Both the position numbers and the translations under genes were made by a program. A stretch of 63,165 nucleotides of DNA, counting the filler, from Reticulomyxa filosa (lineage: Eukaryota; Protista; Foraminifera), in the NCBI GenBank assembly GCA_000512085.1. It is 21 parts of 21 records of this genome, joined end to end, with 100 filler letters (N's around TTAATTAATTAA, not from the genome) between each part and the next. Parts side by side here need not be neighbours in the genome. Positions count along the whole stretch, not along the records: positions 39,140 to 40,206 come from ASPP01023702.1; positions 40,307 to 49,745 come from ASPP01007111.1; positions 49,846 to 51,460 come from ASPP01002334.1; positions 51,561 to 56,688 come from ASPP01007316.1; 17 more parts are not named here. One strand, given 5' to 3'. Below, in pieces: positions 39,040 through 52,485 of the stretch. The notes beneath the pieces are model-generated. The model searched no databases. It was not told the DNA's origin and worked only from the letters and a program-made list of their open reading frames with translations. Every line of letters begins with the position of its first letter. Position 1 is the first letter of the stretch.

Positions 39040-39184
39040 NNNNNNNNNNNNNNNNNNNNNNNNNNNNNNNNNNNNNNNNNNNNTTAATTAATTAANNNNN
39101 NNNNNNNNNNNNNNNNNNNNNNNNNNNNNNNNNNNNNNNAAAAAAAAAAAAAACACAACAAAAAAAAAAAAAAAAAAAAAAAAG

Positions 39185-39686
39185 TAAATAACGTTGTAAT
39201 AAATAAAATGTCGTTCATAGGATCGTAATTCCCAAATGCACTTTCACAAACAAAGTTCAGACCTTCCACATCGGCCCACTCGTTGTCTATGAAAACCTTC
39301 CAAACGTTGTTAATCTCTGGGTTGTTTTGTAAAGAGGCTGTAGTTCGGTCGTCGGGAGAAATACTCCACGACGAACGGTATGCCCAACCACTGTCTGTTT
39401 TGATCTCCTCTATCGAACTTAACATCCATCTCCCAGCCTCCCAGTTATCATCTGAACTCTCTTTGCCGCTGTAATGATAGATCACTCTTGTTCCGTTCAC
39501 TTCTTTGTACACAAAACGGTCGTTCACTTGCAACGTTGGATCGACCCTAAACACTCCTTGGATCCAGTCTAAATCTTCCCCACCTGCATATACATCGTCT
39601 TCAAGTTGGACTGATATTTGTGTGCAACTGAGAACAATATTACACACATTGGCGAGAGCAATGAAGGATAAAAACAAAGAACGCAT
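39185..39686 (-). CDS. Secreted or surface hypothetical protein (5' part)
   Basis: Signal-peptide-like MRSLFLSFIALANVCNIVLS followed by a Trp-rich beta domain (VNDRFVY...VIY...GRWML...VWKVF...W). Confidence 0.6.
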
Positions 39687-40306
39687 ATGAGCTGCAATCA
39701 AACAGCGTTTGACTTCAATTTTTTTTTTTTTAAAGTAACCCCCTGACTTTGAGAAAGACAAAAACACAAAGTAAAATTTTTCAAACGATGGAAAAATTAC
39801 TCCTTCCTCAATTTGACAATTTTGCATATCCGACACATTGTCTATAGAGTGAGATAAGTAATGTATATGCAAGGAAAGGGGCCGACACAAAGTTACAAAT
39901 CCCAAAGAGGAGCAAAAAAGTCTTCTTAGTTAGTGCAAGCTTGACTTCATAGAACACATCACTCTTTTGAAAAACTGAGATGGAATATAAGTAATCGACA
40001 ATATTTCCTAGGCACAAGGAAGATGCAAGTCCCTTTCCTCCTTAGTACTATGCCAGATTCTCTAATTTTCACCGATAACAAAAAAGAGAAAAGAAGAAAA
40101 ATATTTAAAAAGGTCACTCATACAATGTGTAAGACGCTATTTTTCAAATTGAAACATGTAATTATGATAATTAATGTTTGGAAAAAGAACCACAAAAAAA
40201 AAAAAANNNNNNNNNNNNNNNNNNNNNNNNNNNNNNNNNNNNNNNNNNNNTTAATTAATTAANNNNNNNNNNNNNNNNNNNNNNNNNNNNNNNNNNNNNN
40301 NNNNNN

Positions 40307-41052
40307 GAACTGAACGGGCCCCTGAACGAACTGAACGCATTAGATCTCCTGTCCCTGAACGTGAACGTACTCCCGAACGCTCTGGACGTGACATTCCTGA
40401 GCGCACTACTTCTGCTTCTCCTGCTGTCGAGAGACCCAAACCCGAAGTTTTGGAACGTCAGATCAAGCCATTGAGAGACCTCGACAGTCCAAAGGAGGAG
40501 ATCATCGTCAAAGAGTTTATATCATATACATATATACATATATACATATATATATATATATATGTATATAATATATGCATGTATTATGTATACATTTATG
40601 TCCCATTTTACCTAATCGTATTCATATTAGAGATGTCAATGTTCAAGTCCCTCCCATTGCCATCAGAGAAGAAAAATCTCCTGAAAATGAAGACGAAACG
40701 AGTGATAAATCCAAAAATAAAAAAAGTTTGTTGTCTTATATATTCATATGCATATGTACATGCTGACATTAAACAACATGGAAAAATAAATACAGAAAAG
40801 AAACAAGATAAAATCAAGCTGTTTTTAAGCACTGGCGAGAGAAAAATCAAATATGTGCTAATGGATATGGATATTTCATTTGATGACTTCAAAGCAAACG
40901 TCAGAAGCAGAACCAAAATACTTGATGATAATTTTTCCATTCAAATTGCCGGTGGAGATAACAAAGATAAATACATTGGCTGTAACGCTGATATAAAACT
41001 TCTTCAACATCCAGAAGGTGAATTAACTCTAAACATTATTCAACAAAAATGA
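40307..41052 (+). CDS. Protein with PER-rich repeats and a C-terminal PB1/ubiquitin-like domain (3' part)
   Basis: ERTERAPER repeats, two introns, and a C-terminal KIKLFL...KYVLMDMDISFDDFKANVRSR...FSIQI...YIGCNADIK segment resembling PB1. Confidence 0.55.
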
Positions 41053-41654
41053 AAGAGGAGGCAAAGGTGTTTTTTTTTTTCCTTTTAAAGCAAGAGCTAT
41101 TTCCAAGCTATGTTTTTGTCATTCTTTGCATACAAATGTTGTAAGAGAGTAAACTATCTCCAGGTTTTGGTAACTACGAGTTAGTTTTTAATTGGTCTCA
41201 TCAGTATTGAAGGATCCAAAGGATATCTTTTGTTTGGAGATTTTTACACAAAGATGTGAACCTTTCGCCTTACAAAACAACTCCAAATTTTTTATCAAGG
41301 GATTACACTTTGATTTTATAACCAATTTCGATCGCCTCATGAATAAACAAAAAAATTTAATTATATTCTATTCTGATTTTATTTAAAAAAATAAACGTTA
41401 GCAGGTCGTGGCTTATTTGTGAAACAAATGTTAATACTTACAATTTTTATTTACAAGAAATTTCTTAGAATCAAATTTTGGGAAACGCTCTTGGAACGAA
41501 AATGAGGATACAAAGTTGATTCCACATTATCTAAGAGTGCAAAAAGCATGAATAGCAACACACCACAGTTGGTTGGTTTTCTTTGAACACTTCAAAAAGC
41601 TTTTATCTTTGCTTTCAACACAAATCAACTGTCTTGTACGTGTGCTAAACTAGT

Positions 41655-42305
41655 CAGAAAAAGAAATAAAAATATCCATTCAAAGTTGGATTCAAATATT
41701 GAAATTAAATGGGTGTGGATCAATTATTTGGATAAAATTGTCACCAAATACGTTATGTATTGGTTTTAATATAAATGTATTATTAGTAAATCAGGCCAAA
41801 TATTTTCAATCGTTGCAAATTTTACAAGGATATGATAAAGTGATGACCAGCGTTAGATTTTCACCAGATGGTTGTAAGACTGTTTTGTCATCATGTGATA
41901 AAACAGTTCGAATATGGGATATTTCATCTGGAAAACAAGGTCCAAATTTTTAATGGGCATGAATATTGAGTTCACCAGATGGAAATACTGTTGTTTCATG
42001 TTCAACAGACGGAACAATCGAATATGGGATTTAAAGTCAGGAAAGCAATCGAAAAATTTGATGGAACATTCAAAGTGGGTACGTGATGTCAATTTTTCTC
42101 CAGATGGCAAATATGTTATGTAGTGTTCAGATGATGAAACAATACGAATATGGGATATTAATTCTGAAAAAGAAATCAAAACATTTTAAAATCAGGAAAT
42201 GAAATACAAAGATTATTCCAAGATAATAAAATCTGTAGATGTTTCTTCAGATGGTAGTGCAATTGTATTGTGTTCTAATGATATGAAAATTCAAATTTGG
42301 GATAA
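41655..42305 (+). pseudogene. WD40-repeat pseudogene
   Basis: VRFSPDG..VLSSCDKTVRIWD and HSKWVRDVNFSPDG repeats, with stops and frameshifts. Confidence 0.85.
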
Positions 42306-42479
42306 AAAAACTTGTTGTTTGAATTTTATGAAAAACAATTTTGTATTAAATACTTTAAAAAAAAACTGAAACAAATTTTTAATCAAAGAAAAACAGTGGA
42401 GTATCATAATTCTTTTTAAAAGAGAAAACTATTGAAAGAAAAATAACAAGTTATTAACGATTTTTAAAATTGTAGAAAT

Positions 42480-42830
42480 AGAAAAAGAGTAATTATTGTC
42501 AAGCTTTCAAATAATCCAAAGCTCTCTTAATTTTCGAATTTTTAATCCATTTTTATATCCCATTTTCAAATAGTTTTATCTTCTGAAACTGAAATAATAC
42601 TGTTATTATCTGGAGGAGAAATGTACACTATTTATTCCGAATCTTGATAAAATTCATGTAAAAATTAAAGTATTTCATCTACTCTAATTAATTATTTAAA
42701 AAATATAATAAATTAATAAATAATATCATTGTATCCTAAAATAATTTTATTAAACTTATCAAGAGTGTTAATATATTTCATAATTAATGTATGTTTGAAA
42801 TAAATAGGTCCACCAAATGATAATAAAATA
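42480..42830 (-). pseudogene. Highly degraded WD40 remnant
   Basis: SPPDNNSIISVSEDKTI..WDIK-like text on the minus strand. Confidence 0.4.
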
Positions 42831-43674
42831 GTTTCATTGGATTGTCATTTATACATTTTAAAATATAATATAATATAATATAATATAATAGAGGAAAAAA
42901 AATGTAGAAACGAACTTTAAAATTAGTTTGAATATTTCGTAAAGCTAAAATAATGCAAAAATGAGTAACTTCGAGTTATTTTCAAAACAAAACAAAAATG
43001 AGAGTTTGAAACAAAAGAGCTTAAAGTGAGCAAAAAAAAGACTGCTCAAATATCTTCACTGTATTCAGATAACTGAAATCAAGGCTTAAAAAAAAAGACT
43101 TTGTACTTACTTTTTCAAGACATACCAGCTAATGACAACAAGTAAAAGCAAAAAGGGCACTCATAATTACTACGACGTAGCAGCAGTAGCGACACGCAAC
43201 TTGCGCTTAACCGTGGAGAAAAAAAATTATGAGACGCTCTTAATCATGTCAGGTAAATACGATATAATAAAAAATCTATCGATAATTAAATGCCATATTT
43301 TGATAAAAAAAAATGTAGACCAGTCTATCAAGGATAAGATAATGTATTTCCGTGTTGTAACAAATACGCTTTTGTTATTCAATAAGGAAGGTTTTGCAAA
43401 GGTTTGTTTTTTAATACGTAACTGTGTATATAGCTTCTTTTTTTTTTAAAACAAAAATATAAAAATACAAAAAAGATTGATTTCCAAGATATTTATCGAA
43501 AAAAAGATTTTATTATACATAATATATTAATATCAAATAAACTTTATGGAGGGATGAATGGAGTAGATAATCAAATTTATAATAATATACATTTAGTTTA
43601 TAAATATTTTATTTTTTTTAAAAAATAATTAATAAAAAAAAATGTATGCACATATATATTGTGGTGTATAGACA

Positions 43675-44726
43675 GAAAAAGAAATAAATATAATTTTAGA
43701 AAATTGGATTAGATTACTTTCAATTGATTTAGGTTGGATTGATGAATTTAATAAATTAATTGCACGATATGTTAAGTTTTAAAATAAGATAATATATAAT
43801 AAATAATATAATATATAAATATGTACAAATATATAGGCTAAATATTTTAAACTTCTAAAAACGTTTCATCATCATAATTCAGTAGTTACTCGTGTAAAAT
43901 TTTCTCCAGATGGATCTAAAATAGTTTCATCATCTTATGATAAAACAATAAGAATATTAGATGTTGAATCAGGAAAACAAATACAAATATTAAAAGGACA
44001 TTCTGGTTGGGTTCTTGATTCACAATTTTCACCAAAAAATGATAATATAATATTATCTTGTTCAAAAGATAAAACAATTCGTATATGGGATATAAAATTA
44101 GGGAAAGAAAAAAGAATATTAGAAGGACATTTACGCCAAGTAACAAGCGCAAGTTTTTCACCAAAAGATAATAATATTATAATATCAAGTTCACATGACA
44201 AAACAATTAGATTATGGAATATAGAAAATGGTAAAGAAATTAAAAGATTTGAAGGACATTTAGATGTTATAAATGATGTACAATTTTCATTTAATGGTAA
44301 TAATATTGTATCTTCTTCTAATGATAATACCATTTGTATATGGGATATTATAACTGGTGAAAGAATACATATATTAAAAGGACATACTGCTAGTGTTATG
44401 AAAGCACATTTTTCTCCTAGTGGTCTTTTTATTATATCTGGTTCTTATGATAAAACTATTCGTATATGGGGTGTTATTTCAGGAAGAGAATTAAAAAAAT
44501 TAAAGGACATTCTGCTGTTGTTAAAGATGTTCAATGCTCATTAGATGGTCAAACTATTATTTCTTGCTCATTTGATAATACTATACGTTTATGGGATGTT
44601 CATTCTAGTCAAGAATTACAAAAATTAGGAGGAAATTCTGAAGTTATTGCAGGAATAGATATATCACGTGATGGAAATAAAATTGTATCATGTTCAAATG
44701 ATCAAACAATTCAATTGTGGGGATGA
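43675..44726 (+). CDS. WD40-repeat protein (7 blades; one homopolymer frameshift at ~44500)
   Basis: N-terminal box exon 43675-43770 and intron 43771-43836, then GH...FSP...SS.DKTIRIWD repeats ending IQLWG*. Confidence 0.85.
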
Positions 44727-44774
44727 ACAAAAAAAAAAATAAGTAAAATTTTTTAAAAAGATACACTCTTTTTT

Positions 44775-45880
44775 TCATGTAAAGTATTTTGTGTGTAAAT
44801 AATAATCTATTTTACCCCATAATTGAATTGATTCATCCCAAGAAATAGATATAATTAAATTACTATCAAATGAAATATCTAATCCTATTATCTCACGATA
44901 ATGTCCTTCTAATTTTTCAATCTCTTTTCCTGTTACAATATTCCATAATCGAATAGTTTTATCTTTTGAATATGATACAATTATTTTACTGTCTAAAAAA
45001 AATTTTATTCCATTTATTGAATTTAAATGTCCTTCCAATTTTTTTAATTCTTTTACTGACTCTATATCCCATATACGAATTGTTTTATCAGTTGAATAAG
45101 ATGCAATTATAAAACCATTTGGAGATAATTCTATTCCATTTACGCTATTTGTATGTCCTCTTAACTCACTTATCTTTTTACCTGATTTTATATCCCATAT
45201 ACAAATTATATTATCGTTAGATGATGATACTATTCTTTTTCCATCTGGTAAAAATTTTGCGTCTGTTACAATATCTTTATGTCCTTCCAATTTTTTAATC
45301 TCTTTTCCAGTTATAATATCCCATATTCTAATTGTTTTATCTTTGGAACATGATACTATCATTTTGTTATCTGGTGAAAATTGAGATCCTAATACATCAA
45401 GAAAATGTCCTTCAAATTTTTTTATTTCTTTTCTTAATTTTACATCCCACAATCGAATTGTTTGATCATATGAACAAGATACTATCATTTTACCATCTGA
45501 TGAAAATTGAACTTTATTTATCCAATCTGAATATCCATTTAATATTTTAAATTCTTTTCTTGTTATTATATCACATAATTGTATTTTTCCATCGCCTGAG
45601 GACAAAATGATGTCATAACTATCTGGTGCAAATTTTACATTTGTTATGGATTTCAAATTGCTTTCCAATGATTTCAATGATTTAAAGTATTTCATCTATA
45701 CAAGTTTGGTTTGTTACAACTTGATGAAGTACTTTTTAAAAGAAACATAATAAAAATAATCAATAGTCATGCCTTAATATACTGCCCAATGATGTTATCC
45801 AAGTCATCAACCCAATTTAATTTTTGAGGGACAAGTATATGAAACCAATTTTTTAAAATGATTTTCATTTCAGTTTCAGT
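44775..45880 (-). CDS. WD40-repeat protein
   Basis: Intact 306-aa ORF of WD40 repeats plus an upstream box exon (MKIILKNWFHILV...WVDDLDNIIGQY). Confidence 0.9.
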
Positions 45881-46265
45881 CTTTATTTTTAATTTATGGA
45901 AGTTTACACGTTATTGTTGGAAATTTCCTGAAACAGATATCTAACTTTGCAACCAGTTCTACTTGTAAGGATTCTTCATGCCATTTTTGGTATATTTCTT
46001 GCCTGTTTCTATTTTCGCTTGCATTCATCCCTCTTGTTCGAAACATGTTTTTTTTAAACTCCTGAAATGAATGAACTTTTCTCCCGTTTTTCCCTGAAAG
46101 ATCGTCTACTGAAAAATTTCTGTCGTAAAATTCTTGCTCGAAAAAAAAATGAACAAACACAACGACAATTCGAAAATGAGTTATTCTATTGAAAAAGAAC
46201 AGTATCAACATTTGCAATCGGTTTTTTTTTCTCAATAAAAAACTTGGGTTTTATAGTATTTGATG

Positions 46266-47485
46266 TTATTGCCAGAATCGGATGGTGAGATCCGCAGACG
46301 AAGAGACAATAGTATCACCATCTGGCGAAATATCCACTCCTGTGACCCCTCGTGTATGTCCCTTTAATACTTGTATTTCCTTGCCTGACTTTACATTCCA
46401 CAAACGGACTGTATTGTCATCCGAGCCAGATATAAGTATGGAGCCATCTGCAGAAAATTGTATCGTCCTAACTATATTGGAATGCCCTTGGAATAGCCTA
46501 ATCTGTTTCCCTGATATCGTATCCCATAATCGAATGGTATATCTTTGGAAGATGACGCAATAGTTGAATTGACAGGAGAAAATTGCACACTGGTTACAAC
46601 ATCCTCGTGTCCTTTCAATTCGAGTGTGATCTTTCCTGACTCTACATTCCATAATTGAATTGTTTTATCAACAGTGGATACCGCCACCTTTTTATCATCA
46701 AGTGAAAATTTTACATCTGTGATATAGCTTAAAGCATTCCCTAATTGTTTGATCGCACTCATAGTATCCACATTCCATAGCCAAATTTTTCCATCTGCAC
46801 TGCTGGATACTGCCGTCTTATTGTCGGATGAGAAATGAGCCCCTGTTACCCGCTCGGAATGTTGATAACGTATTTCCGGTATAGTCTCAGTCCCTATCTT
46901 CCATATTCGGACCTGGCGATTGTCAAATGGCGCAATAATCATTTTACCATCCACAGAAAAATGAACCTTTGTTGCCCATCCCATACCATTGTTATAATTT
47001 TTTATTTCTTTTCCTGATTCGACTGACTGCAATGAAACCCCATAACTGCCAGTCGAAGCAATTGTGTGACCATCTGGTGAAAATTTTATGCTTGTTAAAT
47101 ATGCTGTTTCACGGCGTATTACTCTTACTTGCTTGAAATGTCTGGCCTATCACATTTTTTAATTTTTTTTTTTTTTTTTTTTTTGTTTGTTTGAAAATTG
47201 TCAAAAAAAAAAAAAAAAAAAAAAAAATGAACATATTCTGCTATGAATTTATTGAATTCGTTAATCCATCCCCATCTGATATACGACAACCGAAGCCAAC
47301 TTTCTAACACAATATCTATTTCTTTTTCTCTCTTTTTTTTTTTTTTAAAGTTGAAATACATACAAATTTGATATCACTTGCTTTTATGGTTCTCAACATT
47401 CAAATGCTAGAATTACCTTGTACTTTGGCTGCAATTGCTCGCTCGTCACAACAGCGCTTTTTTCAACCTGCGCTTCATTACTCAT
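46266..47485 (-). CDS. WD40-repeat protein (one frameshift at ~46545)
   Basis: Exons ~47485-47418, ~47330-47233 (EIDIVLESWLRLSYIRWGWINEFNKFIAEY) and 47146-46266 with WD repeats. Confidence 0.85.
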
Positions 47486-47870
47486 TCCTCTACAGAGTCC
47501 AAGTTTGTCAAAATACAAGCTTCCTTCTTTGCTCGTCAGAATGATTTCAGACCTTTATTAATGATTTTTTTATCCTTTGCCCCTTTAAAAAACTTGCTGC
47601 GCTAAGTTTTTGTAGCAGACATGGAAAAACACAAAGATAAACTGCATTAAGCCAAATAAAAGCAAGTAAAATGAATCTTAGTTATAAATGTAGAAAAAAA
47701 GATCAAACTCAATCAAATTATAATGACATGACAAAACTTGACGTGCGATAATGTAAAAAACTATTATCAATATTGGTCGGGAAACATGGGCGTAACAAAA
47801 AAAAGAATAAGAGTAGATAAAAGGGGAGAAAGGAGGGCGACATCAAAAAAAAAAAAAATTGAATAAAACA

Positions 47871-48299
47871 ATGAGCTGGGATGAGTATTGTCAAGCAATT
47901 CAACAATTAGGCTTCAGCAAAGTGACGATAGTGAATAGAGAAACATATGTTGCAATAGCACAATCTCCCAAGGAGGCCATAGCAACAACGTATATGGACG
48001 GAAGCACAACAATAAACGAAAACGAGGAATTGTCGAGTGATTGGAAGTCAAGCAAACGACAGTTGTTTCGTTTTTATGGAATGAAGTTCAAAATAGTGAA
48101 ACGAGATGAATCACAAGGGAAGTGGCTAATTGGAGAAAGACCAAGCGATTTCATTGTCGTGAGAGCCTTTCAAGCTGTTTGGTTTATCGCCAGCGCTCGA
48201 AAAAAATCGGACCAATCCAAAACTGGATTCACTTCTGCCCAAGAGGCCTTTGACACTATCAATAAAGAACTCTGGAGTGGTCTTGAAGGATATATTTGA
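47871..48299 (+). CDS. Divergent profilin-like protein
   Basis: Starts MSWDEY (profilin N-terminal signature). Contains F..YGMKFKIV.RD and a C-terminal amphipathic helix; 142 aa, intronless. Confidence 0.7.
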   Translation: MSWDEYCQAIQQLGFSKVTIVNRETYVAIAQSPKEAIATTYMDGSTTINENEELSSDWKSSKRQLFRFYGMKFKIVKRDESQGKWLIGERPSDFIVVRAFQAVWFIASARKKSDQSKTGFTSAQEAFDTINKELWSGLEGYI

Positions 48300-48960
48300 A
48301 CATGGTTTCAGAACGTCTTTTTTTTTGTCCTAGTGTATCAATCCAAGGATCCCCACACATTTGAGGTTCATTTTTGTAAAGTTTTTTTAAAATTTTTTTG
48401 ATTGCTCGAATTTAAAATAAAAAATACACAAATTTGTAAAAAGTAATCTAAAGAGTTGTAGTCTCTTGCCACCTTTTTTTTTTAAAAAAATTACAATCTC
48501 TTCTTATTCATAAACTTCTAATTTAGAAAAGAGGGAAGATATATCACGTGAGTGTTTTTCTCCTTCCACTTCTGGAAATGTTAGACGGACTGTATGTCCC
48601 TTTGGCACTTTTACAAGTTTAAACGGAACTGATCGTAGTCGTAAGACAAACAAATTTTTTTTTTTTTTTTAGAAAAGATTTTGGTTTCATTCTTGCTATC
48701 CCCCTTTTCTAAATTCAAAATACATTATGGCATCCCTATTTACACGTTTGAATAGAACAGTGGCTCACAATGCAAGTTTTTTTCTTATAATTATTTCATA
48801 GAATTGCATTTTCTTTTTGTCTGAATCACCAATTCGGTGGTTTGGCGCTAATGTCGATGAAGGTTTAAACACAAGGAGGGAGGGTAGGTGGGGGGGGGAT
48901 TTAGTCAATTATGAGTTTTGTTGTATAAATCATTTGCGATGACGGGATGGGTGGGATGGA

Positions 48961-49701
48961 ATGAACATAAATGGCACCGAAACACAGAGAAACTATGCAT
49001 TCGCAAAGACCAGTGTGCAACACATGTCGAGACGCAATGCAGTGATAGGCATCGACTTAGGGACGACAAATAGCGCAGTGGCCATTTACGAAGGCAGTGC
49101 AAAGATAATAGAAAACAGCGAAGGAGCGAGGACCACGCCATCAGTTGTGGCCTTTGTCACGAGCAAGCAAGGTCAAGTCGAAAGACTGGTGGGAATGTCA
49201 GCCAAGCGACAAGTCGTCACAAATTCAAAAAACACATTTTACGCGACCAAACGTTTGATCGGAAGGTTTTTTTTTTTTTTTTTTGTAATGTGATGTGATG
49301 TGAAGGAGAAGGAGGAGGGGGAGTGGACAAGAAATTTCCAGAAATTTCTGGGGAAAATAATATACTATTTTACATCACGAATGAGAAGAATCCAAACAAA
49401 ACAAAACAAAAAAAAAAACACCAAAAGACGATTTGATGACCCAGCGATCCAAGAGATTGTGAAGCATCTATCGTACAAAGTGGTTCAAGGCGACAACGGG
49501 GACGCGTGGGTGTATTGCGAAGCGACAAAGTCAAAGTACAGTCCGTCGCAAATCGGTTCGTTTGTCTTGCAAAAGATGAAAGAGACAGCAGAGTCGTACG
49601 TGGGGTCCAAAGTCACGGACGCAATCGTCACCGTCCCGGCATACTTTAACGACTCGCAAAGGCAAGCCACAAAAGACGCAGGCGCCATTGCAGGGCTCAA
49701 T
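48961..49701 (+). CDS. HSPA9: Mitochondrial Hsp70 (DnaK-type), 5' part
   Basis: [36 protein letters not shown], mitochondrial/proteobacterial signatures GDAWV and [25 protein letters not shown]. Intron 49266-49427. Presequence exons probably lie at 48727-48862, splice pattern ambiguous. Confidence 0.93.
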
Positions 49702-49929
49702 GTTTGGTTGTTTTTTTTTTTTTTTTTTTTGAGTTCTTTCGAATCNNNNNNNNNNNNNNNNNNNNNNNNNNNNNNNNNNNNNNNNNNNNTTAATTAATTA
49801 ANNNNNNNNNNNNNNNNNNNNNNNNNNNNNNNNNNNNNNNNNNNNGATTCATGTTGTAAATAATCGATTTTCTATTATGTTTCAACAATTCAAGCATTAA
49901 TGAATAGAAAACAAATAAATATTTAAATA

Positions 49930-50613
49930 AAACTTTATACATTAAGTTGTTGAATTTCTGTGTTACTTTTCAAATGCATCTCTTTTAATTCATCCTTTTA
50001 TTATGTATATATTTATGTTATATTTTTCCTTTATTTATAAATAGCAAATATTATAAAAAAAAAAAAATGATAAAACTGTTTTCAGTTTTTCAATTTGCAA
50101 TTGCAACTCTTTGATCAATAAAATAATGCGTTGAATTGAAATTAATTGACATTGTTTATCCAAATGATCTTTCATTTCCTTTATTTTTCCTTTATAATTG
50201 CATTGGTTTTCGTGTTCTTCTTTTTTTCCTAGTATTATTTCCTCTTTTGATTGTTTCTTTTTCAAATCATATTGTCGAGAACAGATTACCAATAAATCTG
50301 AAACTTGTTGTCTTATTATTTTATTTTTTGAAAATTCGCAATGTTCGTGTTGTTGAATTGGACATTTTCCATTGCTTTTTTTTAAATATCTTTGCAGACA
50401 TTCATCTCCAAACAAATACACTTGTTCTGCATTTTCATGCTCATCACAATGCAATTCCACTGCGTTATTTGCAATTTGTTTGCAAATATAGCAGACTAAT
50501 ATGTTTACTTTTTCTGATTTGTTAGTCAACAAAATCCAATTTTTGTTATAACAACCAGAACTGGAAAATGTTTCTTTTTCATGTTCAGAGTTTTTTTCAT
50601 CTCCTTCCAACAT
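49930..50613 (-). CDS. TRAF-like degenerate RING + Zn-finger + coiled-coil protein (partial)
   Basis: CYNKNW...CYICKQIANNAVELHCDEH...ECLQRYL...CPIQQH...LLVIC...CNYKGKIKEMKDHLDKQC followed by a coiled coil. Confidence 0.75.
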
Positions 50614-52029
50614 AATCCCTTTCTTTGTTATGATGAAGAGTTTTTTTTTCAAAAAAAAAGTTTTGTTTAAAAAAAAAAGGAGCGTATTTGATTCGTTATT
50701 TCCAAAACTACCACAAATTAGAATCTCATTAATGTGGATCACACATTAAGTCAAAATTTGAAGTTTCTGATTTTATGGTTGTCAATTCCATCTCAAGTAA
50801 AAAGACAAAGGAACCTACAGAATTGCATTATGATGAATGAAATTTATTATGCTTGAGAAATTTAATTTATTTTGGGATAAAGAACAACTTAAAAAAAAAA
50901 AATATCAAATCTTTGACATTTCTTCACTATGCTTTTTCTTATTCAATTTTCAATTGCACTGATTTATTTGCATAATTATCGTTCTTATACTTTCGTTCAT
51001 TCAAATTCAATTTACAGTTATTTGATAGGTTTAGTTACTTCTTAAATTTATATCTTAATTAATTATCAAATCAAATTGCTATGTAATTGTATAAATTATT
51101 GTCTTTATCAATTAATTTAAAATAGTTTAATAATTAAGTTTTTTTTGTTATAAATTATTTGTACAATTTTTCATGTGGACTTTTGTTAGAAAAGGATAAA
51201 ATTGGAGTAAAAAAATGGTCAATTGGACATTAATTCATCCTTCTGTTTTTTGATTTGAAAAATTGGAAAAAAAAAGTGTTGATTAAATTTATATAATAAA
51301 AGGTAACTTAATTGCATTAAGTAATACTCCATTGATTGTTTTATTTAGAACAAATACTGATTTTCAAAACATTTGAACACTCAAATACGTATCAAAAATA
51401 AACAGATGAGATATATAAAAAAATAAGGAATATTTGAACATGTACGATAAAATATCTCATNNNNNNNNNNNNNNNNNNNNNNNNNNNNNNNNNNNNNNNN
51501 NNNNTTAATTAATTAANNNNNNNNNNNNNNNNNNNNNNNNNNNNNNNNNNNNNNNNNNNNAAAAAAAAAAAAAGACCGTACAAGAATGGAAAGGTGACTT
51601 AATGAAAGAGATAACTGCATTGACGAAACCAAATGCGACCTCTTCTTATCAATCGTCATGGGAGGAAGTTTAGTCCATCGTGTTTATAGTGTTATCTTCA
51701 TTGTTTGCTTGAAAGGCGCTGCCGCCTTTCCAAAGATCTGAAATAGTGTATCGTACATATACAAATGGATAATTTAATTGTCTTATGCAGGATTCATTCA
51801 AAGCCATTGGAGCATTAGGCGTTGGTCAAAACGAAATAATGGAAAAACTGAATAAAATTCTCGAATTCCAGTTGAGTGAAAGAGGGGGGGGGGGACAGCG
51901 GGCAATGTGTAGAGTTTTTGTTACTGTTAGGCTTAGAAGAGGATAAGAAGGGGAGACGACAAAATCTGAACTTACAAAATGAAATGTTTTTTGATGAATT
52001 ATGACACAAACGCATAAAGAAAGCATGTC

Positions 52030-52485
52030 TATCAAAATTTGTCAAAGGCCCCAAATGCACAAGGGCTGGCGGGTAGCAATGGCACGTTTCTAAGAAATGA
52101 TTCTGTGGCCACAGAAATACAACAGCTAACACAACTAACTACCAAATTAATCCAAGATGTTGGTGCTGTTAGCATGTTGTCTGCATTGAGAGAAGAATAT
52201 AAACTTATTCGTGAAGAGAGAGACACGCTGAAAAAAAGTGTTGATCAATTTAGGTATGTTTTTTTTTTTTGCTTGAATGTGCCGGAAATACATTACAAAT
52301 CAATTGATAGAAAACACAATTCTGAACTATTAACACGTGTGAATCAATTGGAGGAAGATGCCATCTACTTGAGAGAGTCAAAGCGAACAACTGTGAAAAA
52401 TATGGTTGGTGAATTGAATGAAATGCGAGAAAAATTGGCTTCGTTGTCACACATTGTCAAAAATAATACACCTCCATCAAGCTGA
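52030..52485 (+). CDS. Small coiled-coil hypothetical protein (multi-exon)
   Basis: Heptad-rich ORF with an in-frame intron at ~52253-52310. Confidence 0.5.
   Translation, partial: YQNLSKAPNAQGLAGSNGTFLRNDSVATEIQQLTQLTTKLIQDVGAVSMLSALREEYKLIREERDTLKKSVDQFRYVFFFCLNVPEIHYKSIDRKHNSELLTRVNQLEEDAIYLRESKRTTVKNMVGELNEMREKLASLSHIVKNNTPPSS

Noticed and set aside
48875-48900. G-rich tract (possible G-quadruplex) upstream of the mt-Hsp70 coding core; similar run at ~51883
   Set aside because: Simple G homopolymers in probable introns with no supporting pattern.
48961-49701. DnaK-like gene as bacterial contamination or HGT
   Set aside because: It has spliceosomal introns and mitochondrial Hsp70 signatures, so it is an ordinary nuclear-encoded organellar chaperone.
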